From: Actinophytocola sp.
Lineage (GTDB): Bacteria > Actinomycetota > Actinomycetes > Mycobacteriales > Pseudonocardiaceae
Assembly (NCBI RefSeq): GCF_036402745.1
Contig: NZ_DASWSJ010000124.1
Location: 220-64,219 of the forward strand
Length of the DNA: 64,000 nt
Reading direction: 5' to 3'
Shown here: positions 10,034 to 19,060 of the stretch, piece after piece
Layout: the number at the start of each line of letters is the position of its first letter
Numbering within the stretch: the first letter of the stretch is position 1
The notes under the pieces: generated by a model
The model's database searches: none
What the model was told of the DNA's origin: nothing
The model's input: the letters and a program-made list of their open reading frames with translations, nothing else
Program-made: the position numbers and the translations under genes

Positions 10034-11341
10034 CTACCTTCCCGTCCGGCGGATCCGGAACAGCAGTACGAGGCCGGCCACGAGCGGGACCAGCAGGTAG
10101 GCGCTGCCGAGCACGACCTCCGGCGGCGTCCACTCGAGCTCGGGCTTGACGCCGGGCGGCCGCGACGGGTCGGACGTGCGCATGATCAGCAGCACGCAGC
10201 TGGCGAACACCGCGACGACGGCGCCGAGCCCCGCGAGCACCCGGACGCGCGCCGCGCCGTGCGGCAGCTCGTCGGGCAGCCGGCTGAGCAGGTAGACGAC
10301 GAGCGGCACGACCCAGACGTAGTGGTGCGACCAGGACACCGGGCTGAGCAGGAGCCCGAAGAACGCGGTGACCAGCAGCGCCGGCAGCGGTTGGCCGCCG
10401 AGGTGGAACCGGCGGGCCAGGTAGACGGCCGGGACCGCGAGCACGGCGCCGATGCCGATGGCGGCGGCGAGGGCCCAGGGGGCGAGGTCGCTGAGCCGGA
10501 GCACGAGCCCGTTGAGCGACTGGTTGCCGGCCCAGAACGTGGGGCCGGTGCGCGCCGGGTCGGTGACCGCGACGGTCCAGAAGCGGGCGAAGTCGTGCGG
10601 GATGATCGCGAAGATCAGCCCCTGGAGGACCGCGAAGGTGGCGAGCGCCCGGACCGCGTCCTTGCGCCGCCCGATGAGCCACAGGTGCGGCACGAAGATC
10701 AGCGGCGTGAGCTTGACCGCCGCCGCGACGCCGACGAGGACCCCGCCGAGGTGGCGGGCGCGGCCTTGCGCGGCGCCCAGGACGAGGACGTCGGTGACGA
10801 CCAGGGCCATGAGGATGAGGTTGATCTGGCCGAGGAGGAGCGTGCGCCAGACGGGCTCGATGCCCAGCGCGAGGACCGTCAGCAGGATCGTGGTCTTCGC
10901 CGGGGTCAGCCAGCTCGGCCGCCGCGGCAAGGCTTGGATCGCGGTGCGGATGACGAGCGCCAGGGCGAGTACCGAGACGGCGCCGAGGATGCCCCAGGAG
11001 ACCTGGGTGGCGAACAGCGCGAGGGGGACGAACAGGAGCGCGCCGGTGGGTGGGTAGGTGAACGGGAGCCTGGCCCAGGGTGGTTCGGACGAGAGGAAGT
11101 CGTTGTCGTACAACGGTTCGCCGGTGAGCAGCGCGATGGCGCCGGACCGGTAGACCGCGCTGTCGACACCGAGCCGCCAGTGGATGACCCAGCTGACGAC
11201 TCCCGCCACGAGCAGGCCGGCCGGGACCGCGAAGAGCGCGAGCGTGGTGGGCCTGGAGGCGAAGAGGCGCCGCAGCGAACGCGCGAGCCAATGCCCGTCA
11301 TCGACGCGGATGACAGGCGTGTCCCGGACGGTCTCGCTCAC
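10034..11341 (-). CDS. Glycosyltransferase family 87 (alpha-1,2-mannosyltransferase-like) membrane protein
   Basis: [41 protein letters not shown]; start uncertain. Confidence 0.9.
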   Translation of the reverse strand: MSETVRDTPVIRVDDGHWLARSLRRLFASRPTTLALFAVPAGLLVAGVVSWVIHWRLGVDSAVYRSGAIALLTGEPLYDNDFLSSEPPWARLPFTYPPTGALLFVPLALFATQVSWGILGAVSVLALALVIRTAIQALPRRPSWLTPAKTTILLTVLALGIEPVWRTLLLGQINLILMALVVTDVLVLGAAQGRARHLGGVLVGVAAAVKLTPLIFVPHLWLIGRRKDAVRALATFAVLQGLIFAIIPHDFARFWTVAVTDPARTGPTFWAGNQSLNGLVLRLSDLAPWALAAAIGIGAVLAVPAVYLARRFHLGGQPLPALLVTAFFGLLLSPVSWSHHYVWVVPLVVYLLSRLPDELPHGAARVRVLAGLGAVVAVFASCVLLIMRTSDPSRPPGVKPELEWTPPEVVLGSAYLLVPLVAGLVLLFRIRRTGR

Positions 11342-11399
11342 GTTCGCAAGGAAACCACGCCGGACCGCCAACCGATCGAGCCGCCCTGCCCCGAACCCG

Positions 11400-11480
11400 G
11401 AGTTGTCCACAACCGATGGAGTTGTCCACAGCCAAGATCGACAACCCCGATCCCGTGGCCCCCCAACGATAGGGTGGAAC
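11400..11480 (+). repeat. Dispersed intergenic element: two TTGTCCACA boxes (19-bp period) plus a degenerate promoter ending GATAGGGT
   Basis: Aligns by eye with the minus strand of ~43207-43292. Confidence 0.65.
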
Positions 11481-12329
11481 CTAGGCGCGGCTGATGTGCT
11501 GCAACAGCTCCCGCGCCTCTTCGGCCGTGTCCGGCAGCGTCTCCACGCGCAGCCACGGCCGCCGGCCAGACGACAGCTGCGGGTCCACCGACAGCCGCTC
11601 GATCAGGAGCCAGCCGGCGCTCAGCGCGCGGTCACCGAAGGACGGCTCGCGCGGCGCCAGCACCACGGCCACCGACGGGCCGAGGATCGCGATGCTCTCC
11701 CCGCCGTCGAAGACGTCCCGCAGCACGTCGGCCGCCAGGACCATCGCCATCAGGCGTGGCCAGCCGTTCACCTTGGACAGGTCCAGCGTCACCGCCAGCA
11801 GCGAGTGGCTCCCCGACACGGGCACCTGGTCCCGGGCGGCCTGCCGGTACACCTCGGCCAGCCGCGTCCGCAGGTAGGCGTGCGTGGTCAGGCTGGTGAG
11901 GTTCTCCGTCGTCTCGGCGTTGCGCAGCTCGCCGCACGACGCGTCCGCCCAGGCCAGCGCGGCCGCCCGGACCAGCGCCGTCGGCGCGGCGTTCGGGTCG
12001 GTGGCGATCAGGCCGTTGGCGCTGTCGGGGTTGGTGAGCACCGCGTGCAGGGCGGCCAGGTCCGTCAGCGTCTCGTCCAGGCCGGCGCCGGCTTCGGCGC
12101 GAGCCCGGCCGAGGCCTGTCAATGCCCCGGTCAGGTCCGTCTTGAGCACGGCGGAGGAGCACACCGCGTCGACCTCGGGCAGGCCCCAGTCACTGGGGAA
12201 CCGCCAGCCAGCGGCGATGCTCGCCGTCCGCCAGCGCGCTCGCAACACCCGCAGCGCCCGGTCAGTACCCTCGGCGTCGCCACGGTGTGAGCGCGACCCG
12301 GCCTCACGTACTGTCACTTGTCGTCCCAT
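11481..12329 (-). CDS. Conserved actinobacterial protein with a degenerate GGDEF-like C-terminal fold
   Basis: ENLTSLTT..YL..RL resembles D-x-LTGL at the start of GGDEF domains; no GGDEF motif; start uncertain. Confidence 0.65.
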   Translation of the reverse strand: MGRQVTVREAGSRSHRGDAEGTDRALRVLRARWRTASIAAGWRFPSDWGLPEVDAVCSSAVLKTDLTGALTGLGRARAEAGAGLDETLTDLAALHAVLTNPDSANGLIATDPNAAPTALVRAAALAWADASCGELRNAETTENLTSLTTHAYLRTRLAEVYRQAARDQVPVSGSHSLLAVTLDLSKVNGWPRLMAMVLAADVLRDVFDGGESIAILGPSVAVVLAPREPSFGDRALSAGWLLIERLSVDPQLSSGRRPWLRVETLPDTAEEARELLQHISRA

Positions 12330-12564
12330 CCTCCGACCCGGCGCGTTCGACCTAGAAACGCGAACGAGCGACACCTGTGACGCCGTTCGGGGGAACTGTT
12401 CCAGTCATGGGCCGGTGAGGGGACCCCGTACCGCCATTCCGGTGATCGGATGATGCCGCGTTCGGCGGGATCCGTCACACTATGCGCGGGAGCGCGTCTA
12501 TAGAGGATCCGAGGAACATTTCCCCCGGTCCTTGGGGGTAGACGTGTGCGAGTAGAGGAGGATC

Positions 12565-14802
12565 GTGGCCACCCTTCCCGCTGAAATCGAGGGGCCCAGT
12601 GATGCGGACCTGATCGATGCGGTGCGCAAGGGCACCGTGTCCGCCTACGGGTCGCTCTACGAGCGGCACGTCGCTTCCGCCTACAACCTCGCCCGCCAGC
12701 TCAGCCGCTCTCCCGCGGAAGCCGACGACCTCGTCTCCGAGGCGTTCGCCAAGGTGTTGGACACGCTCCGTGCAGGCCGCGGGCCGGACTCAGCCTTCCG
12801 GGCCTACCTCCTCACGGCGCTGCGTCACACCGCGTACGACAAGACCCGGCGCGACCGCAAGGTCGAGCTCTCCGAGGACGTCGAGACGGTCAGCGGGGTG
12901 AGCACGGCAGCGGTCAGCGAGCCGTTCTCCGACACCGCGGTCGCCGGCCTCGAGCGCTCCCTGGCCGCGCGGGCCTTCGCCCGGCTGCCCGAACGCTGGC
13001 AGGCCGTCCTCTGGCACACCGAGATCGAGGGCCAGTCCCCGGCCGAGGTCGCGCCGATCCTCGGCCTCACCGCCAACGGCGTCTCCGCGCTGGCCTACCG
13101 CGCCCGCGAGGGACTGCGCCAGGCCTACCTGCAGGTTCACCTCGCCGAGACCACCGAGCGCCGCTGCCGGGCCACCGCCGAACGGCTCGGCGCCTGGACC
13201 CGCAGTGGCCTCGCCAAGCGGGAGAAGGCGCAGGTCGAGGCGCACCTCGACGAGTGCGGCCGCTGTCGCGCGCTGGCCGCCGAGCTCGCCGACGTCAACG
13301 GCGCCATGCGCGGGATCGTCGCGCCGCTGGTCCTGGGCATCGGCACGGTCGGCTACCTGGCCGCCGCCGGTGCGGCGAAGGGCAGCGCCCTCACCGCGGT
13401 CGGCACCGCGGCGGCCGCCGGCACCTCGGCGGGTGGCGCCGCGGGCGCGGCCTCGTCCGCACCTCGCCAGTTCCTCGGGGTGGCCGCGTCCGGCGTGGCG
13501 CTCGCCGCCGCGATCGCGGTCGGCCTCACCGCCGGCGGCGGCAACCAGGAGATCCCGGTCGCCGCGCCCACGCCCACCCAGCAGCAGCCGCCGCCCACCC
13601 AGCCGCAGGCCCCGGCGCCCGAGCCGCAGCCGCCGGCGCCACCGGCCCCGCCGCCGCAACAGCAGCAGCCCAACCCGCCGGCCCCGCCGCCACCCGCGCC
13701 GAACCAGCCGGCCCCGGCGCCGCCGAACCTCACGGCCACGCCACCGGCCACCCCGGTGAGCCTCGTCGCCGGCGGCCAGCCCGCCGACCTGCCGATCACC
13801 GTCCGGAACACGGGCGGGACGGTGTCCGAGCCGGCGGTCGCCTCGCTGAACCTGCCGTCCGGCGTCACCGCCATCCCGGCCGGTCCGAGCCGCTACGGCC
13901 ACCAACCGATGCTGCGGCTGAACGGCGCACGCAAGGCCGGCACGGTCAACTGCCCCGGCGGCACCGGCACCGTCACCTGCACCAGCGGGACCGGCATTCA
14001 GCCGGGCGACAGCGTCACGCTGCTGTTCCGCCTGGTCGCGGACGCGAACAGCCAGGGCGGCCAGGTCACCGGCACGGTCACCGCGGGCACCGCGATCAAC
14101 GTCAGCGTCGCGGTCCGGGTGGACGTCAGGCCGCCGACCGCGGTCGACGCCGTCGTCCTGTCCGCCGACGCCGAGTGGCTCGGCCTGCTGCCCGGCATCT
14201 GGCTGCAACCCACGCTCGAGGCGCGCGCGGACAACACGGGCACCAGCTCCAAGCCGATCACCGTCACCGTCGACCAGCCAGGCCAGCTGCTGTACGCCAG
14301 CCAGAAGATGACCTGCACCGTCGGCGGCGGCCTCACCTGCACGACCGACGCCGAGGTCGCGCCGGGCGAGCGGCTCAAGATGGTCTTCGAGCTCGACCCC
14401 GACCCGTGGCCGGTCCGGTCCGGCGACAGCAAGCCGCACCGCGAGGTCCACGTCGGCGCGACGCTCGGCACCGCGCGGGACAGCAAGATCGTCCAGCTCG
14501 GCAACTGGCTCTGGCCGCACCCGCCGGGCACCCTGCCGCCGACGCCGGTTCCGCCGCCGTCCTCGTCGTCGGAGCAGCAGCCGCCGCCGGAGCCGCCGGG
14601 TCAGAACCAGCCGAACCGGCCCCCGCAGCACCACGGGCCCACGACGCCGACGGACACCACCACGCCGACCACGCCACCGTCGACGCCACCGGACCGCTCC
14701 GAGCCGATCCCGCCCTCGCCGGCCGACCCGCCGTCCACCGCGCCGCCGGGTGACGGTGGTCTGGGCGGGTTGCTCGGCTGGCTGCTCGGTGGCGGCCGGT
14801 AG
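12565..14802 (+). CDS. ECF sigma factor fused to zinc-binding anti-sigma, TM segment and extracytoplasmic Ig-like/Pro-rich domains
   Basis: Sigma2 (YERH, ADDLVSEAF), sigma4 (LPERWQAVLW..EVAPILG), HLDECGRC = HxxxCxxC; GGAGG RBS. Confidence 0.9.
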   Translation: MATLPAEIEGPSDADLIDAVRKGTVSAYGSLYERHVASAYNLARQLSRSPAEADDLVSEAFAKVLDTLRAGRGPDSAFRAYLLTALRHTAYDKTRRDRKVELSEDVETVSGVSTAAVSEPFSDTAVAGLERSLAARAFARLPERWQAVLWHTEIEGQSPAEVAPILGLTANGVSALAYRAREGLRQAYLQVHLAETTERRCRATAERLGAWTRSGLAKREKAQVEAHLDECGRCRALAAELADVNGAMRGIVAPLVLGIGTVGYLAAAGAAKGSALTAVGTAAAAGTSAGGAAGAASSAPRQFLGVAASGVALAAAIAVGLTAGGGNQEIPVAAPTPTQQQPPPTQPQAPAPEPQPPAPPAPPPQQQQPNPPAPPPPAPNQPAPAPPNLTATPPATPVSLVAGGQPADLPITVRNTGGTVSEPAVASLNLPSGVTAIPAGPSRYGHQPMLRLNGARKAGTVNCPGGTGTVTCTSGTGIQPGDSVTLLFRLVADANSQGGQVTGTVTAGTAINVSVAVRVDVRPPTAVDAVVLSADAEWLGLLPGIWLQPTLEARADNTGTSSKPITVTVDQPGQLLYASQKMTCTVGGGLTCTTDAEVAPGERLKMVFELDPDPWPVRSGDSKPHREVHVGATLGTARDSKIVQLGNWLWPHPPGTLPPTPVPPPSSSSEQQPPPEPPGQNQPNRPPQHHGPTTPTDTTTPTTPPSTPPDRSEPIPPSPADPPSTAPPGDGGLGGLLGWLLGGGR

Positions 14803-14886
14803 GGGCTGACTCGCGGCTCGCGGCCGGGTGCAGCAGGGCTACAGAACGATCACTGAGTGTGTTCGGAGCGCCTAGCCTCGGTCACC

Positions 14887-15384
14887 ATGAGCAGGGAGAT
14901 CGTCAGGTTCCTCATCGTGGGCGCCATCTGCAACACGGTGTCGACGGTGCTGAACTACGTGCTCAAGTACACGGTGCTGACCGATAACCCGGTCACCGCG
15001 CTCACGATCGCGGTCATCATCGCCACGATCGTGTCGTACGTGCTCAACCGTGATTGGTCCTTCAGCACCCGCGGCGGCCGCGAGCGCCAGCACGAGGCGG
15101 CGCTGTTCTTCCTCATCAGCGGCATCGGCGTGGGGCTCAACTCGGCGCCGCTGTACGTGTCGCGGTACTTCCTGGGCCTGGAGGTGCCGCACGTCGGGCT
15201 GGTGACCCAGGAGGTCGCGGACTTCGTCAGCGGCATCGTCATCGGGTCGCTCGTGGCCATGATCTTCCGGTACTGGGCGTTCCGGAAATGGGTGTTTCCG
15301 CAGGCCAATGCCCGACCGCAGGCGATTCGTGGCAGCTTGTCCGAAGCACCCCCCGAGCCGGGCGAGAACGGGCGGGCGGCCTGA
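14887..15384 (+). CDS. GtrA family flippase-like protein
   Basis: RFLIVG, SYVLNRDWSF, FRYWAFRKWVF; TAGCCT -10 just upstream of the ATG. Confidence 0.9.
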   Translation: MSREIVRFLIVGAICNTVSTVLNYVLKYTVLTDNPVTALTIAVIIATIVSYVLNRDWSFSTRGGRERQHEAALFFLISGIGVGLNSAPLYVSRYFLGLEVPHVGLVTQEVADFVSGIVIGSLVAMIFRYWAFRKWVFPQANARPQAIRGSLSEAPPEPGENGRAA

Positions 15385-15415
15385 GGCTGCCGGTAGCTCT
15401 CCGTAGACTGCGGGC

Positions 15416-15961
15416 GTGACCGTCGTCGACTCCGTGCTGGCCTGGGTTCCCGAACGCCTGCGTGCCGTGCTCATCAAGCATCGCGAACTGCTGAAGTTCG
15501 CCGTCGTCGGCGGCACGACGTTCGTGATCGACAACGGCCTCTGGTACCTGATGAAGTTCACGATCCTGGAGGACAAGCCGGTCACCGCGAAGATCATCGC
15601 GATCATCGTCGCGACGATCGTCTCGTATGTCCTCAACCGCGAGTGGTCCTTCCGCACCCGCGGCGGCCGCGAACGGCACCATGAGGCGGCACTGTTCTTC
15701 CTCATCAGCGGCATCGGCGTCGCGCTCAACTCGGCGCCGCTGTACATCTCGCGCTACTGGCTCAACCTCGAGGAACCGCACGTGTCGCGCCTGGTCCAGG
15801 AGGTGGCGGACTTCACGAGCGGCTCGATCATCGGCATGCTGCTGGCGATGTTCTTCCGCTTCTGGGCCTTCAAGCGCTGGGTCTTCCCGGACGAGCTGGG
15901 CGGCCGCCGAGGCAGCAGCCCGACGACCGACGACCCGGTCGAAGAACTGGGCCACTCGTAA
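15416..15961 (+). CDS. GtrA family protein (Rv3277-like)
   Basis: KHRELLKFAVVGG, SYVLNREWSF, FRFWAFKRWVFP. Confidence 0.92.
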   Translation: MTVVDSVLAWVPERLRAVLIKHRELLKFAVVGGTTFVIDNGLWYLMKFTILEDKPVTAKIIAIIVATIVSYVLNREWSFRTRGGRERHHEAALFFLISGIGVALNSAPLYISRYWLNLEEPHVSRLVQEVADFTSGSIIGMLLAMFFRFWAFKRWVFPDELGGRRGSSPTTDDPVEELGHS

Positions 15962-16004
15962 CGCCTGCGCGGTGACCCCGAGCGCGGGAGATGCGAGCTG
16001 AGGG

Positions 16005-17300
16005 TCAGCGGGGGGAGCGTTCGGCGGGCCAGCGGACGCCTTGGACGTCTCCTGCTCTTGGGACCGGCAAGAACACCGTGAACGTCGCGGGCCGTTTCGT
16101 CGAGAGTTCCAGGCGGCCGCCGTCCGAGTCGATCAGGGCGCGGGCCAGGGCCAGGCCCAGGCCGGTGGAGCCGCCGCCCGAGACGCCGCGTTCGAAGATG
16201 TGTTCTGCCAGCTCGTCGGGGACGCCGGCGCCCAGGTCCGACACCTCGATCACCACCGACGGGCCCGTCGCGCCCGTGCCGTCGCCGCGGGCGGCCAAGG
16301 TCACCGTCCCCGAGCCGTGCCGCAGGGCGTTGTCCAGCAGCACACCGATCACCTCGCGCAGGCGGGCCGGGGAGACCTTCCCCCAGAGGCCGTCCTGGAG
16401 TTTGAGCTTCAGGGAACGACCCTCGGCGCGCAGGGGGGCCCGCCACTCGTCGGCTATGCCCAGCAGCTCGCTGCCCAGGTCGACCGGCTCGGCGCCGACG
16501 GCCCTGGCCTCGCGCGCCGCGGCCATCAGCTCGTCCAGCACGTCCGCCAGCCGCTCGGCCTGCTCCAGCGCCGCCCTCGCCTCGTGGGCGATGGCCTCGT
16601 CCGGCACCACCGTCAGCTCCTCGATGCGCAGCTGCAGCGACGTCAACCGGCTGCGCAGCTGGTGCGAGACATCGCCGACCAGCTCGCGCTCCCGCTGGAC
16701 GAGCTGCGCCAGCGCGGTGGCGGACGCGTCCAACGCCTCCGCGACCATGTCCAGCTCGTGCACGTAGTACCGGGTCCGATCCAGCCGGAAGTCGCCCGCG
16801 CCGAGCCGGGACGCGCGCTCGGCCACGTGTCTGAGCGGCCGGGCCAGCCGGCGCGCGGTGACACTGGCGACCACGAAGCCGATCGCGATCGTCGCCACCA
16901 CCACCAGCGCGACCAGCAGCGCCACCTGCGTCTGCCTGGTCCGCATGGGCGCGGCGTCGATGGACAGCCGCACGGTGCCGTGCTGGACGATCGGCACCTC
17001 CTCGGTGACCGTGTCGCTCTGCAGCTCCGGACCGAGGCTGAGCCGCTGCCCGGTGTCGGGCAGCGTGACCAGCAGGTGCCCGCCGGGCGGGACGGCGAGC
17101 TGCACGCGGTTGAGGTCGAGGTCGCGGCCGTTCGCGACCTCGTCGTCCAGGGTGGCCGCGATCTGGCGGACCCGGCCGGCGAGGTTGTCCCTGGTCAGGC
17201 TCTCGACGATGGCCGTCGCCGTATAGCCGAGCGGGATGCCCAGCAGGCACGCGGTGACGGTGACGGCCAGCAGGATCGCCAGCAGGATGCGACGGCGCAC
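16005..17300 (-). CDS. Sensor histidine kinase (DraK-like by synteny)
   Basis: Two TM helices, HAMP, DVSHQLRSRL, LLDNALRHG, D-x-G-x-G, TGLGL; next to GtrA/purK as in Streptomyces draRK. Confidence 0.9.
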   Translation of the reverse strand: MRRRILLAILLAVTVTACLLGIPLGYTATAIVESLTRDNLAGRVRQIAATLDDEVANGRDLDLNRVQLAVPPGGHLLVTLPDTGQRLSLGPELQSDTVTEEVPIVQHGTVRLSIDAAPMRTRQTQVALLVALVVVATIAIGFVVASVTARRLARPLRHVAERASRLGAGDFRLDRTRYYVHELDMVAEALDASATALAQLVQRERELVGDVSHQLRSRLTSLQLRIEELTVVPDEAIAHEARAALEQAERLADVLDELMAAAREARAVGAEPVDLGSELLGIADEWRAPLRAEGRSLKLKLQDGLWGKVSPARLREVIGVLLDNALRHGSGTVTLAARGDGTGATGPSVVIEVSDLGAGVPDELAEHIFERGVSGGGSTGLGLALARALIDSDGGRLELSTKRPATFTVFLPVPRAGDVQGVRWPAERSPR

Positions 17301-17304
17301 GGCT

Positions 17305-17964
17305 TTACTCGGCGTTGAACCGGAACCCGACACCGCGCACGGTGGCGATCCGGCCCGCGCCGTGGCCGAGCTTGCGGCGCAGCCACGACATGTGCATGTC
17401 CAGCGTCTTGCTGGTCTTGAGCTCGGGACCGCCCCACACCTCGTCGAGGATCTCCTCGCGGGTGACGACCTGGCCGGCACGCTGGATCAGCACCCGCAGC
17501 AGCTCGAACTCCTTGTTGGCGAGCGTGACCTCGACGCCGTCGACGATGACCAGCCGCGCGGCCAGGTCCATGCGCACGCCGTTGACCTCGACCGTGCCCG
17601 GAGCCTGGCGCCGCAGCAGCGCGCGGATCCGGGCGAGCAGCTCGGCCAGCCGGAACGGCTTGGCGACGTAGTCGTCCGCCCCGGCGTCGAGGCCGACGAC
17701 GAAGTCGACCTCGTCGGCCCGCGCGGTCAGCATGAGGACCGGGATGCCACGCCCGGCCGCTCGCAGCCGCCGGCAGACGTCCAGGCCGTCGATCCCGGGC
17801 AGCCCGAGGTCCAGGACGAGCAGGTCCACCCCGCCCCCGTTGGCCGACTCGTACGCACTGTGGCCGTCGACCACGACGCGCACGTCGTACCCCTCCCGAT
17901 TCAAGGCTCGGGACAGCGGATCCGCGATCGCCGCGTCGTCCTCGGCCAACAGCACCACGCTCAC
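17305..17964 (-). CDS. OmpR-family response regulator (DraR-like)
   Basis: LLAEDD, LDLGLP, LTAR, GADDYVAKPF, TVRGVGFRF. Confidence 0.95.
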   Translation of the reverse strand: MSVVLLAEDDAAIADPLSRALNREGYDVRVVVDGHSAYESANGGGVDLLVLDLGLPGIDGLDVCRRLRAAGRGIPVLMLTARADEVDFVVGLDAGADDYVAKPFRLAELLARIRALLRRQAPGTVEVNGVRMDLAARLVIVDGVEVTLANKEFELLRVLIQRAGQVVTREEILDEVWGGPELKTSKTLDMHMSWLRRKLGHGAGRIATVRGVGFRFNAE

Positions 17965-17996
17965 GCCGTTAAGACTAGGCGTGACAGCATGCCGGC

Positions 17997-18779
17997 ATGC
18001 CGAGCCATGCTGACGACCTCTCCGTCGCCCTGCGGTTGGCCGACGCCGCCGACGAGATCACCCGGGCGCGGTTCCGTGCCGCCGACCTGGTGGTGGACCG
18101 CAAACCGGACCGCACGCCGGTCACCGACGCGGACACCGCGGTCGAGGACGCGATGCGGTCCGTGCTCGCCCACGAGCGGCCGGCCGACGCGATTCTCGGC
18201 GAGGAGCGAGGCGGGACGCTCGGCGCGGGACGCACGTGGATCGTCGACCCGATCGACGGGACGAAGAACTTCCTGCGCGGCGGGCCGGCCTGGGCGACGC
18301 TGATCGCGCTGGTCGACGAGGGCCTTCCGGTGGTCGGGGTGGTCAGCGCGCCGGCGTTCGGGCGGCGGTGGTGGGCCTGCGCGGGCGGCGGCGCGTTCGG
18401 CACCTTCCTCGAGGAGGCGCCGCGCCGGCTGCGGGTGTCCGGGGTCGCCTCGCTCGAGGACGCGTACCTGTCGACCACGGACGTGAACGCCTGGACGCAA
18501 TACCACTCGCGGGAGCGCTACCTGGCGCTGGCGGAGGCCTGCTGGGAGACCCGCGCGTTCGGCGACTACTGGCAGCACTGCCTGGTGGCCGAGGGCGCCA
18601 TCGACATCGCGGCCGAGCCGATCGCGAACGCCTGGGACCTCGCCGCGGTGCAGATCGTCGTCACCGAGGCGGGCGGGGAGTTCACGGACCTGTCCGGCAA
18701 GCCCGGCTTCGACCACGGCACCGCGCTGGCGACGAACGGCCGCCTGCACCAGGCCGCGCTGGCGATCCTGAACGGTTAG
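17997..18779 (+). CDS. hisN: Histidinol-phosphatase (IMPase family)
   Basis: KPDRTPVTDAD, GEE, WIVDPIDGTKNF, WDLAA..VTEAGG. Confidence 0.85.
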   Translation: MPSHADDLSVALRLADAADEITRARFRAADLVVDRKPDRTPVTDADTAVEDAMRSVLAHERPADAILGEERGGTLGAGRTWIVDPIDGTKNFLRGGPAWATLIALVDEGLPVVGVVSAPAFGRRWWACAGGGAFGTFLEEAPRRLRVSGVASLEDAYLSTTDVNAWTQYHSRERYLALAEACWETRAFGDYWQHCLVAEGAIDIAAEPIANAWDLAAVQIVVTEAGGEFTDLSGKPGFDHGTALATNGRLHQAALAILNG

Positions 18780-19060
18780 ACGGCGGGCGCCGGCAGGAGG
18801 CCGACGGCGCCGCGGACGACCTGGGCCCACGCGAGCCGGCCGAAGAGGTAGTGGCAGGCGACCTGCTCGTTGGTGAACCGGGCCCAGTCGTAGCGGTTGC
18901 CCTGCTCGCGCCAGAACACCTCCCAGCCGTAGCCGCCCTCCTCGTCCGGGTGCTCGTCGCGGACCAGGCACCACGAGTTGTCGGCCTCGACACCGACCGA
19001 CACGATCGCCGTCGGGACGCCGACCGCCGTCAGCCACTCGGTGATCGACTCGGCGTTCAT
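18776..19060 (-). CDS. Putative TNT immunity protein (94 aa)
   Basis: ATGA overlap with the TNT gene stop, GGAGG RBS; WEVFWREQGNR..F..E..AC..L resembles small immunity proteins found behind TNT toxins. Confidence 0.65.
   Translation of the reverse strand: MNAESITEWLTAVGVPTAIVSVGVEADNSWCLVRDEHPDEEGGYGWEVFWREQGNRYDWARFTNEQVACHYLFGRLAWAQVVRGAVGLLPAPAV

Noticed and set aside
8271-11291. 1006-aa ORF and other giant ORFs (45561..48620, 46559..49825, 27347..30124, 30281..33001, 41037..43397, 22239..24137)
   Set aside because: Only the C-terminal parts are real genes; the rest is Arg/Pro/Ala-rich off-frame readthrough typical of high-GC DNA
10800-11341. Mutational halo next to the 11.4 kb element
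   Set aside because: A-ending (~7) and T-ending (~5) codons are nearly balanced by hand count; not convincing
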